This document shows, piece by piece, positions 34,953-46,590 of a stretch of DNA of 64,000 nt. Below the pieces are notes generated by a model. That model saw only the letters and a program-made list of their open reading frames with translations. It was not told the DNA's origin and searched no databases. Both the position numbers and the translations under genes were made by a program. Each line of letters opens with the position of its first letter. Positions within the stretch are counted from its first letter, which is position 1. Source of the stretch: Macrostomum hystrix (lineage: Eukaryota; Animalia; Platyhelminthes); contig CATNEN010000038.1 of NCBI GenBank assembly GCA_950097015.1, forward strand, positions 24,304,001-24,368,000, written 5' to 3'.

Positions 34953-36236
34953 ATGTCTGAATCGGGCGCCAATTCTCAGCACCAATTACTGCAGTGTCTG
35001 CAGGCTCAGGTGTCTGAATTGGACCTATTGCTTAGTATGTATCCTAACCAATCAGAGTTGGCCATAGACGATTGCGCCGCAGTTGACGAGCTTAGACGTT
35101 TAGTTGCGGAGTGTGAAAATGATGCTGCTAAACTGTTAGAAAGCTGTCACTGGCGCATCGGTTTTACATTTAGGATTAGCGTAAAGGAATCTGCATCTAG
35201 AGTTGTCGAATGCGTCTGCAGGCTTCCTGGCACCTATCCGGCCTTGAAGCCGCCTGGCTTGTTCCTGCGCTCTGATTGGCTGAGCCGAGAACGTCTGCGA
35301 TTGGTCAGCGAAGCCTTGGCCAATGAGATGGAGTCTGTGTTTACACCGGGCGAGCCACTGCTTTATCAGGTGTGGTGGAGCTAATAAATATATAATAATA
35401 TGGTCATACTAGACCTGAATGCCGTAGGAATTTAACTCCTCATGTATCCATTGACCATATAGGAAGGGCTTCCACCACAGAAGTTACAAAAACTTATAGA
35501 AATTTCTCAAACCCGAAATTTCATAACGGCGAATCGCGCTGCAGCAATAGAAAACCTCACGACGTCGACTTTGACTGCAGATATAGGAGAATTAACGACG
35601 TCATAAAGTCTCCTAGCGCTGCGTTGCGATTCGATGCCATAGCCTGGTAGTCTCCTTGGTTTTATATCAACCGATTGCAGACTCAACCTTGCTCTCCCAT
35701 TTTAGGTGTTGAGTTGGCTATCCGATTTCGTCTGTACTAACGTCTACGTCTCCGAAGAATTGTCAACTTCAGCTTTGTGTAGTACAGCGACAGCCTCGCC
35801 AAAGACGGGCGCTGTGTCGCCAAATCTGTGCCGATTGTGGATCCACAGTCATCATATTTACAATAGTTTGAAAAGACGGGACATTCTCAACTGGAGTCAC
35901 GAACTTCGCCTAACTGGCTTCTCTATTGTTGGCAAACCTGGTGTTGTGTGCGTCGAAGGCGCCGAGTCTGCAGCCGAAGAGTTCTGGCAGAGGCTGCGTC
36001 GATTAAACTGGAAGAAGCTCACCTTGAAAGAAAAGGACACGTGTTCACCAGATTGTTCGACTAAAGAACGCGAGCAGTTCTGCAGATTTGTTGATTTTCG
36101 CGAATTGTCCTTCAACGCTAGGCCCGGCCGTGGACGCGAGGTGCTACAGGACTGGGGTCTGGTGATTCGATTCCTTGAGGATAGAGGCTTGGGCCATGTT
36201 ATACCATTGTACTTTGGCAACCTGACTGCCAAGTGA
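34953..36236 (+). CDS. RWDD2B: RWD domain-containing protein 2 (RWD + DUF1115); exons 34953-35369 and 35706-36236
   Basis: LQAQVSELDLLLSMYP...LPGTYP; RLWIHSHHIYNSLKRRDILNWSHELRLTGFSIVGKPGVVCVEG...FWQRLRRLNWK; phase-0 GT-AG intron. Confidence 0.88.
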
Positions 36237-37214
36237 CTTTTATCTTTGGTACTATGCCTTTCATTGCTGATGCATTCCTATTGACTTTACTATTTATAAT
36301 TAACGATACAAAATAGAACCAAAACTTAAGTAACTAATTTACTTTAGTAACTAGCATTTAATTCTACCAATAAAATAGAGAAAAATGATACCTAGCCAGC
36401 TAGACCAGATGTGAAGTACAAAAATTGGACTTACAAAAAGGCTGCGTACAGCTAGCTGTTCAATCCGTGAACTGGGTAGGCCATCACAAATATAAAAATT
36501 TCCACTCCAGCTTATGCCCTTACCCATTTTACAAATTAAATGTCTACTAAATTCGAACTCACGAAGTCTCAGTCAAAAGTCCGACACTCGAACCACTGGC
36601 CTACGACATACAAGCTCCCTCCTCATTTAAGGTTAAATTTACATAATGTATCTTAAAGCCTGTCTACTTACCAATAGATTGGGTGCTCATACACCTACCT
36701 GTCAAATTAACTGTAATGGTTGTGTTTTGTGTAGCTCTCGCTATTTGCTTTTACTTGCTAGTCGGCTTTCACTGTGTCAGCCATGTGCAAAATATGTACA
36801 CGTATTATTAACGAACACGACCGACACAAACGACAACTACTGATACCTAGTTTTTTGCCTAGGTATTGTGTATTAACTGGCGATTTCACACTTTTAAAAC
36901 AAGAAAAAGTCGTGTCGTGTAGGGCAGGAAAACAGTTATATTCCGAAATGGCTTACTAAATATAAAGCATGGGGTGAGGGCTTAGCTGTTTTGGGGTTGA
37001 AGTTGTTTGAAATGATCCAAGATTTAAAACAAACATGGCGATAATATTTTACAATTTCACAATAAAAACATCTCGGGGTTAGGTTATAAATAGCAATGAA
37101 GCCTTTTAAAATTTTTAACTTTTAAAATTCAAGTCCGCGAGGACGAAATAACGAAACCGCGGCCTCCACCGCGCGATTTAACAGTAGGTAAAACTACCAA
37201 GGTGGAGGACAATT

Positions 37215-37620
37215 TTCCCGAAGGTCATAGATTTTCCATTAGCGCTAGTGTATGTCATACACCCCTATGCACAATGCACCTCAGTGCGGCCTTGCCAGGC
37301 AGCCAGCATGTCACCCGAATATCTCTAAATCTTCGTCTTCGGTGGTCACCTACCTTTATCTAGACGGACTGCTGGACCTTCAAGGGCTACAACAAGTGGA
37401 AATAGGCCACTATGGATGGACACCCTGACGCGAATTTCTCCAATTTCACTGACCAAGCCGAAATATTAGGCGCAGCTCAACCACAGTACAACATTGCCTA
37501 GTCTGTCAAGCAATCAGTCACCACCCAACGCTGTTAGCATTCAGGCGCTGCCAAAAAAAATCAGCGCCTTTTCCCCCTTGGTATCAAAACGGGCGGCAAA
37601 ATAAATGGCTTGGTAGTCTT
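37215..37620. repeat. Dispersed repeat family C copy
   Basis: Homologous to 21771-22110 and 55321-55650. Confidence 0.78.
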
Positions 37621-38034
37621 ACTGGTAATGGTAATCAGTCAAACGACTTTCCCCTGCAGCAGTACTTGCTGCGTCCTGCGAGCGAAAAATATTTACCACG
37701 AAGCTTTTTAAAAATAGACACGCGTTATAGTTGTAAAAAGCTCTTTGTCTTCATTCTTTGGTTGTTTGACTGCAACATGAAGCTAATCTAAACCGTTAGG
37801 GTAAAGTAACGAATCGATTTCGATAAGTGTAGTAAATTAGAAATTCAGGACACACTTGTGGGCACAAGAAAAAAAATTTGGGGTAAACTCGAGTCAAAAT
37901 CAACACCGCCTAAAGTCCGTTTTTTCTGCACATCGTTGTTTATTGTTGTTTTCTTTAGCTCCAGAGAGTCTAAACCCTAGGACCTAGACAGTGTTTTTTA
38001 TTAGTATATAGTCGCAATTTATCTATAGCTGAGT

Positions 38035-38690
38035 GAAAACTCCAACTTGGGGTGGTGGCGTTACGATAAGATAAGACAAATGAAAACTCCAACTTGGGGT
38101 GGTGGCGTTACGATAAGATAAGACAAATGAAAACTCCAACTTGGGGTGGTGGCGTTACGATAAGATAAGACAAATGAAAACTCCAACTTGGGGTGGTGGC
38201 GTTACGATAAGATAAGACAAATGAAAACTCCAACTTGGGGTGGTGGCGTTACGATAAGATAAGACAAATGAAAACTCCAACTTGGGGTGGTGGCGTTACG
38301 ATAAGATAAGACAAATGAAAACTCCAACTTGGGGTGGTGGCGTTACGATAAGATAAGACAAATGAAAACTCCAACTTGGGGTGGTGGCGTTACGATAAGA
38401 TAAGACAAATGAAAACTCCAACTTGGGGTGGTGGCGTTACGATAAAACAAGACAAATGAAAACTCCAACTTGGGGTGGTGGCGTTACGATAAAACAAGAC
38501 AAATGAAAACTCCAACTTGGGGTGGTGGCGTTACGATAAGATAAGACAAATGAAAACTCCAACTTGGGGTGGTGGCGTTACGATAAAACAAGACAAATGA
38601 AAACTCCAACTTGGGGTGGTGGCGTTACGATAAGACAAGACAAATGAAAACTCCAACTTGGGGTGGTGGCGTTACGATAAGATAAGACAA
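38035..38690. repeat. 47-bp tandem repeat, about 14 near-identical copies
   Basis: GAAAACTCCAACTTGGGGTGGTGGCGTTACGATAAGATAAGACAAAT. Confidence 0.95.
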
Positions 38691-38944
38691 AAAGCGACTG
38701 CGAGTCATGTACACCAGAGTATGAGAGAGGCTTCGAAAGGGTAATGATAAGACGACCGATCTCGTTTGCCTAACTATTTTCAGTAGGCTCAAGATATCAT
38801 TTGTTAAAGGGGAGCCAAATAAACAAAATATACTAGAAACACTTAAAACGAGCCCACCATTTTATTTATCCATTTACTTATTTACGTAAAATTTATAAAT
38901 TTTAACACATTCTTTTTTCAGGTTTAAATATTCAACTAATTATA

Positions 38945-40291
38945 ATGCGTCGGCATAAACAAACATCGCCAGCTGATCTGTCAGATCGGAATGATGGAAT
39001 ATTTCATAATACCAACAACGTTAGCAATAATAATAATAGTTTAGCAGCCAATCGGAATCTTCTAGCCGACGATTACACCGGCCTGTTTAATGCTGCCTGT
39101 GGTCACGTGGTTTGCGGCCTACTGTTCATCTTGTGCATGAGTCAGTGCGGCATATTCGATGTTGTGCAAACCGATACAGATCTAAGTAGATACGCCGAAC
39201 GGCACAGCGTCAACTGGCTGTCCTCTTGGCTGCCGATGCCATTTAACACCTTTGTTAATGTCGGCTATAGCTTGTGCGGTCTATACTGGCTGGCAAGGGT
39301 CAAGCGACTGTTTCTTGCTGGTGAGTTTCTAAAGGCTTTTCATGATAACAATTATGTTTTCTTAGGTCTGGACTCTAGAAGTAGCTTCTATTCTATAGGC
39401 ATCGCATCTGATAGTTGGATGAACTCAAGCAATGGAGTCAAAAGATGGGAGTCAAGTTTCTTGCGAAATTACGCATTTTTCAGTAGAGTCAGGAATCAAT
39501 CGAACCACGAATTTTAAGTCACGAGTACAACTCTCTTGACTGGATCTCTCGATTTAGACATATACAAGCGTGTTTAAGGGTTAGGAAGTTAAAATTTATC
39601 TATACAAAAGTATAATCTAGCTTCGTAGTTCATTCACAAGAAGGTCGAAAGACCTGACCAAAAATACATACAGAGAATATGTTTCAAATGGCATACTGAT
39701 CTCCTCACCATAGGTCGACTGAGCCGCGACACGGCCTATCTATTTAGCGTATTCGCCGCAATGTCAACCGCCTACGGCCCCGTTCAGTTGGCTCGGATTA
39801 TGCGAATGTCACACAGTCTGGCAGTTGTTGACCAATGGGTCACTCTACCATTCTTTGCCTGGGTCCCAATCTGGGTCGGCGCCACCGCTATTGGTCGACT
39901 ATCGGCTGGTCCTGCTCTGTTAGTTATGGTGGCCTCTTTGCTTAGCTACTTACTGGCAGTAGTAACCGACGTCGGATTCGAATTAGCTCTAACTTTGCAC
40001 GTCGCCGGAGCTCTTGGAGCTGGAATATTTCTCTGCCTTTATCCGGGCTTGTCGAATTCGCCCGGCCTAATTAGAAATGTCGCCCTAGCCGGCATTAGCT
40101 GCGTCGGTTTTGTGGGCTTGAAACTGTTGGACCACGAATTGGCGGCTTTGTCACCGATGTTCCGCATTGTCTCTGGTCATTTTGCGTCAAAGGTGGCCGA
40201 CATATTACAGATCCACTATGTTTGCAGGGCTTTTGAGTGCGTTGCGTTAGGCGACGTACAATGCGGCGCCGGCGGTAGAAAAATGGCTTGA
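38945..40291 (+). CDS. TMEM187: TMEM187-like multi-pass membrane protein; exons 38945-39320 and 39714-40291
   Basis: YAE...WLPMPFNTFVNVGYSLCGLYWL; AYGPVQLARI...VVDQWVTLPFFAW; GFVGLKLLDHELA...SGHFASKVADILQIHY. Confidence 0.85.
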
Positions 40292-42367
40292 CTTGTCAGT
40301 CATTGATTAAAGACCTACATATTATTTGTTTTGTGTCGCAAATCGCAAGGCTTTTTAATGGGAAGTTTCTTAAAATACAGCTGTAAATATTCAGATGTAA
40401 TTATTATTTTAGTCAGATGCTTTCTCGGCAGCCGAATTGTATAGGCCTTCTGACAAGGCTGTTGATTTTCTGTGGGTTTCTGGTAACTTCTTTTGGCTTA
40501 TGAAGAGTTTTTGTGGTTTCCAATGGTCTGTATAAAATGCGATTGCTTATTTAATCGTTAAAAAAATTGTTCTATTCTGAGCCGGGAATGTGTTGTCTAT
40601 GGTAATTTTTGGTGAGATTATTTGACAAAAAACCAGGATATTATATCATATACTCTCCTCGAAATAAGGAGCATTATATGGAACATTGAATTGAACTTTG
40701 AATTCGGCTTTTACGTTTTGCCACCACTGACTGACTGGCTGCTTCGTGACTGTATCTTCGTGAGAAATTTATTTTTTTGTCTATGGTCGGAATCAAATGG
40801 TCTAAACCTATGTCTATCAATCAGATGGGATGCCCCCGAAGAATAAGCAATCGAATTTCATCTATGGTAAATGCCGTTTAATTCATCATAGTCTATGGTT
40901 AGAATGTCCGAGGCTGTGGAAAGCTACGCTCGCCTCGAGACCATTAAACGCAGCCTCGGACATTCTAACCACAGAATGTGAATTAAACGGCGTTTATTAT
41001 TTACGTAAACGCCGCAACGGATTCTATTTCCAAGTAATGGGTAATGGGTAATGGCCAAATAGGTATCAATTAAGTCCACGTACATGTCGCAATAAAAAGA
41101 CTATATCACGTACTCTGCTTTGACCCATGGGACTTGATAATAAATATAAATTTATGTTAAATTATGCTGATTTAAATTGACTCTTTCAGAGGCGTTCATC
41201 ATTAAACGTGCAAATACCTACGGTATAGCATATATTAGTTGATTGAGTAGTTGTTTAAATTTCGATACTCGTTTCGAGCTGCGCAAATATATAATGTAAA
41301 ACTATCGTTGTCGAAGTTGTCGAAGCAGTATCGCTTAGTCTTATCAAAAGTGCTCCCTTGTGGTCCGTTGCGGTGTCTTCACAGACCGCTTTAAGCTTTC
41401 TGAAAAGTTTCTTGGGAGTACTCGTCTGTGCCGACGAGCTTGCGGCTGGGCTTCTGGGTAATTTTTATGATTTTACTTATTTTACACATACTTTTTTTAA
41501 TTTACCTACTACGATATATATATTTCCGTACTTATCAATAATTATGAATCGAGAACTCTGCTTATTATGTACTTTTAACACATGGTTTGTGAATAATATT
41601 GTCTTAGAGTGTTAACTGCCGTGTCAATATTTCAAAAAAATTATTCAAGTGTGATGGCATTAGTAAACACGAAGCCATTTTGTTATAAATATGACCAACA
41701 AATGCTAATTTAATAAGTGGTGATCTTGATGTCATGAATTCATTCGATAATATAACAATATGGATAGGCTGCTTAGGGAAAAAATGAGCGAAATGGTCGA
41801 GGCCTCGTAGCCCTAAGCAGCCTATTCATATAATAAGGCAAAGCAGTCTGGAATTATTGTGAAACAATCTAAAAACGTGTCCCCTTTCACATAATTTCCT
41901 CGTGCAGCTTCTTCGATCTTTCGGTGTATGTTCTTAAAACTCCGGAAAGTAATGCTTAACATTTAGCTTTGTCTGTGTGAATTTACAAAGTATTTGAGTA
42001 ATCTTGATAGGGCGTCTTTTGTGCTTTCCACAAAAGTGGGCAATGTGTTGATCTTCGCCATAGCGACGAAGCGAAATGAATAAAATGAAAATGTAAATAA
42101 CAAGTGCTGCCAATTTAAAAAACAAATGTTTATAGGTTTTAAAGCACAAATGTTTCTTTTTCGGGTGTACTTTGGTTGGTGTTGTTTATAACGAAAAAAT
42201 GCGACTCTGGGCCACAAAATATTCTGTGACCAAAGGACTTCTTTCCAATGTTGAAAGTGCTACTCTTAAACAGGGATTTACTTTTTAATGGAAATGCGGC
42301 ACGGAAGTTGCAACATTTCGTTAATGTTGCAACTTTTCTCGGCCTTGCAAGATTCAAGCAGGATATA

Positions 42368-45007
42368 TCAGTTAATGAACTGCTTACTGTTCTTTCTACT
42401 TGTCCAGTTGCCAACCATTAGGGGCACAAAATTCATGGTAGAAGTCTTAGACCAATTTTTAACTTCATCGTGGAATTTATTGCCGCGACAACTACCGAAG
42501 GCCGAGGTCGAGTGGGCCGCAGTGTTTGACGTAGTCACTGGGGCAACTGCCGGAGGTCTCTTAGTCCTACTTGTCTGATGCCTTACATTGGCACTGTTGG
42601 GTGTAACCACTTGAGTAACTCCTGCGCTGACACGCCAGTCCAACACACCATCCAGTGGTCGAATTTTTCGCAGAAAATTTGTCAACTCGCCGCTGCTGCC
42701 GTATCTATAACAGCTCGGCTCGAAATCTCGGTAAAAAAACTCATTCGGATTATCTTTCGGGCAGTGCGTAGGCCGTCTCGATGATCGCGACTGCTGCGGC
42801 ATCGGTCGCTGTTGCTCTAGGACCCGTCCATCGTAGCGTACCTGTTGCTGGTCGTCATACTGCTGTTGCTGCTGTTTTTGCCTTCGGTGTGGAATCAACC
42901 CGCGCAGTCGTTTGTTGCTCTCATTGCACCTCAGTGCGTTGTTTTCGTTTGCCGCAGATTCACTTTCTTTTTTCTCGAACTCGCTAGGAATTTCTTGCGA
43001 CTCCTCGGCTCCGCTCTCGACGCCATTGCCACCTTCGACATCAGCTCCGCCCACGACTCCGCTTTCCGCTTCGCTATCTTCAACAACCTCGCCTCTGTAT
43101 TCTTCCCTGCTTTCATCTGCGCTCTCCGCTTCGCGATCTCGATCGTCAATGACTTCTTCTTCCACTTCTGAGATTTTCCTGCTGCTTTGCCGATTCGCAT
43201 CAGTGCTCTCTTGACTGCTTTGACTCTGGACTTCGCTGCCAGCTTGACTGTTTCGATGCTGGAGTCCACTGCTGGGTCGGCTGCTTAGTCGCTGGTAATC
43301 GCTGCCCACTCGACTACTTTTTCTCTGGATCTCGACGCTGGCATAACCTCCATCACTGCTTGCCTCGCTGCCTTCACTCTCGATTGGACTTATTTGCCGC
43401 TGGACTTCGCCGCTAGGTCGACTGCTTTGCCGCTGGACTCTGCTGCTGGGTCGACTGCTACGCCGCTGGACTTTGCCGCTAGGTCGACTGCTACGCCGCT
43501 GGACTTCGCCGCTTGGTCGACTGCTACGCCGCTGGACGTCGCCGCTTGGTCGACGGCTACGCCGCTGGACTTCGCCGCTTGGTCGACTGCTACGCCGCTG
43601 GACTTCGCCGCTTGGTCGACTGCTACGCCGCTGGACTTCGCCGCTTGGTCGACTGCTACGCCGCTGGACGTCGCCGCTTGGTCGACTGCTACGCCGCTGG
43701 ACTTCGCCGCTTGGTCGACTGCTACGCCGCCGGACTTCCTCGCTGTGTCGACTGTTTTGACGCTGAGCGTCACTGCTCCCCACTCGACTTCTATGCCGTT
43801 TTTCTCTACTTAAGGCTCGACTGCTTTGCCTCTTAGCCTCTCTGCCGCTATTCCGCTGGACTGCATAGCTTAAATTAGAGCTCCGTTGACTATCCTCACT
43901 ACTGGAATTGCTGCCATGGTAACTGCCTTCGATCTCGGATATACTGCTTTGACGATAAATGTCTTTGCCGTATATACCACTATACCACTTGACCTTGATG
44001 CGGTCATCAAGACTTCCTCCACTGTCGCTTTCGCTGTCCCGATCACTACCGTCACTCAATGCTGAACTGCTCCGTCGATGGGCCTCGCTGCGCACTAGAC
44101 TGCTTTGACGCTGTACTTTGTTGCTGGGACGACTGCTTTGCCACTGTACTTTGTTAATGCGACGACTGCTTTGCCGACGGGCTTCAGTTTCATATCGAGC
44201 AATTGGGCGCTGGGTTTCAGTGCCATTTCGTACACTTTGCCTATGGGTTTCAGTGCCATTTCGTACACTTTGCCTATGGGTTTCAGTGCCATTTCGTACA
44301 CTTTGCCTATGGGTTTCAGTGCCATTTCGTACACTTTGCCTATGGGTTTCAGTGCCATTTCGTACACTTTGCCTATGGGTTTCAGTGCCATTTCGTACAC
44401 TTTGCCTATGGGTTTCATTTTCGAGTCGTCTGCTTTGCCGATAGGCTTCTTGTCCGCTTAGTCGCTGAGTGCTCCGTCTATCACCTTCACTGACGCCATG
44501 ACTGACTCTCCGTTTACTATCCCTAACGGATTGAATGCCCATGCTATCGATGTCACTGACTTCTTCAATGTCCAGGTAATCACCTTCACTGCCAAATTGT
44601 GCGGTCCGGCTATAGTCTTCACTATGTGCTTGTGTGTTGCGGTGATAGCCATCACTTCTGGCTAGACTGCTGACGCCTTCCTTGTCTTGTTTGCTGCTGA
44701 CTTGACTGCCTGCCTGCCGGCCTTCTTCAATACTAGTTATACTTTCCTGGCGCTTGCTTTGAAGGCCTCGTTGAACGCCCACAGGCTTGCCTTTAGTGTC
44801 GTAGTGACTGACGCCATCAGGGTCTATAACTTCACCATGATTCCAGCCGACTGGCTCATCAAGCACACGGTTGCAGATCGTGTTCCACAGGTCTTGCTGG
44901 AAGCGCCGCTTGCATTGGTTAATGTCCGGTTCCATGGCTCTTAAATTGACGCCCAGATCCACTGGGAACATGTCGCGAATTCGGCATCGACACGCCGCCC
45001 AGTGCAT
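42368..45007 (-). CDS. Intronless 879-aa Ser/Arg-rich low-complexity protein of unknown function with 11-aa repeats
   Basis: Long ATG-initiated open frame with non-repetitive N- and C-termini; 33-bp repeats ETHRQSVRNGT and VQRRSSRPSGE. Confidence 0.7.
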   Translation of the reverse strand: MHWAACRCRIRDMFPVDLGVNLRAMEPDINQCKRRFQQDLWNTICNRVLDEPVGWNHGEVIDPDGVSHYDTKGKPVGVQRGLQSKRQESITSIEEGRQAGSQVSSKQDKEGVSSLARSDGYHRNTQAHSEDYSRTAQFGSEGDYLDIEEVSDIDSMGIQSVRDSKRRVSHGVSEGDRRSTQRLSGQEAYRQSRRLENETHRQSVRNGTETHRQSVRNGTETHRQSVRNGTETHRQSVRNGTETHRQSVRNGTETHRQSVRNGTETQRPIARYETEARRQSSRRINKVQWQSSRPSNKVQRQSSLVRSEAHRRSSSALSDGSDRDSESDSGGSLDDRIKVKWYSGIYGKDIYRQSSISEIEGSYHGSNSSSEDSQRSSNLSYAVQRNSGREAKRQSSRALSREKRHRSRVGSSDAQRQNSRHSEEVRRRSSRPSGEVQRRSSRPSGDVQRRSSRPSGEVQRRSSRPSGEVQRRSSRPSGEVQRRSRRPSGDVQRRSSRPSGEVQRRSSRPSGKVQRRSSRPSSRVQRQSSRPSGEVQRQISPIESEGSEASSDGGYASVEIQRKSSRVGSDYQRLSSRPSSGLQHRNSQAGSEVQSQSSQESTDANRQSSRKISEVEEEVIDDRDREAESADESREEYRGEVVEDSEAESGVVGGADVEGGNGVESGAEESQEIPSEFEKKESESAANENNALRCNESNKRLRGLIPHRRQKQQQQQYDDQQQVRYDGRVLEQQRPMPQQSRSSRRPTHCPKDNPNEFFYRDFEPSCYRYGSSGELTNFLRKIRPLDGVLDWRVSAGVTQVVTPNSANVRHQTSRTKRPPAVAPVTTSNTAAHSTSAFGSCRGNKFHDEVKNWSKTSTMNFVPLMVGNWTSRKNSKQFIN

Positions 45008-46590
45008 TTAGGACTGTTGTTGGTTTATAAGCAAACTAAAATAGCTTTGTTAATCACAAAGCGAAAACGATTTCAGCTTTCGCTATTTGCCTTTGTCTTT
45101 TGTATACTTTTATTTTTGCGATAGACATGTCAATTCTGGTCTGCCGACAGAAAGTCTATGGCACTTAAATATACCTTCTAGAATGGGTGCAAATGTCACA
45201 TTGGTCATGCGTAGAAGAATGAGCTTGAATTAACTCTAGTAGAAAAATGCCTACTGCAATTTTTATCCCGTAAGGATAAAAATAAACAAGGAAGGATAAA
45301 CAAAGACATTAGCTCCCATAAGTACCATCCCATATCTAGATCCCAAACATTATATCACAAAACTAGATCCTAAATTTGCCAATGCTAGAAGTGCAGAACG
45401 TCAAAATTTGTTGTTTAGGATTTACTTCAACGCAGTTTAAGTGGAACCCATTGCACTTTTTGTACGATTCAATAGTAAGCCAGAATGTCTTCAGATTCGA
45501 CCAATCCTATTCAAGGATTACATTTAATTCTTGTTTTCTTTTTCTTTGAAATCTTTAAAACTGCAATACTAGAAGTAAGTAAAATATCTATAAAAATTAA
45601 ACAAGTCTGTTCGGTGAATATGCACTAATTTATTGTACGAGACTTAATCATGCGATAAGAAGTCTTATCAAAACCGCAAGGTACAGAACTGGCTATCAAA
45701 TTGAAGGTTTGAATTAAATATCACGTAAAAATCATTATTCTCATGGAAAGTACGAAAATTTAACGAAAATGTGATTAAGTACAACTTCTATTTCTATAAA
45801 TGAATGAGTTTTTTAATGAACTTTCAATTACCGATTCGTATTGCACACTAAAATTTACTACTGAAATACAAATCGAATGTAATTAGAAATCGCATTGCGA
45901 AGGAGTATTTTTATTTCAAAGCAATCTACTTTTAGTAGCCATTGAAAACAAAAAACAGCATGTTTAAGTAAGGATGGAAAGCTAATTTTTTATTGAGGTA
46001 AGAAAAAAATAGAGCTAATGAAAATCTGCTGTACTATGCAAGAATTCGAACATTTCAAAAAAAGCGAAGTAAAACAAACGTACGTGAGCCCTTCTTGGAT
46101 CCAGAAGCTAATAATTTTCGCTGACAAAAGCAAAACTCTCATCAAAGTAATGTAAATCAAAAGCAGCCTTCATTCCATATGAGTTCATGTCTTCATTTTC
46201 TAATCTGCAAGTGGATTTGTAGATTTTTGAGAAGTGAAGTTCGTAACACTGTGTTTCTCTGTTTCTGAAGGGCTGACTACGAAATGCATTTAGGAAAAGA
46301 TTTGCCACCTGGCCAAAAAGAGTAGCAGTAGAATATTTCAAGTTAGGTTCATTCAAAGGATTTGGTATTTATTTAATTATTGATATTACGTTTGCGATGT
46401 TGCAGGTTGCAATTTAGCAAATCACATTCGAATTCATGCGAATATAGGAATATTACATAACATTGTACATTTTAAGCCGATTAATTTTTAAAACTTTTTT
46501 GTTACATAAAAGAAAACTTCGACTGAATGAACAGTAGCCAACTGCAATTGGAAAGCATCATCGTTTGTAAATTCATTGTCGTATGCAGCT

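Noticed and set aside
38035-38690. CRISPR-like regular array
   Set aside because: No unique spacers, eukaryotic context, no cas genes
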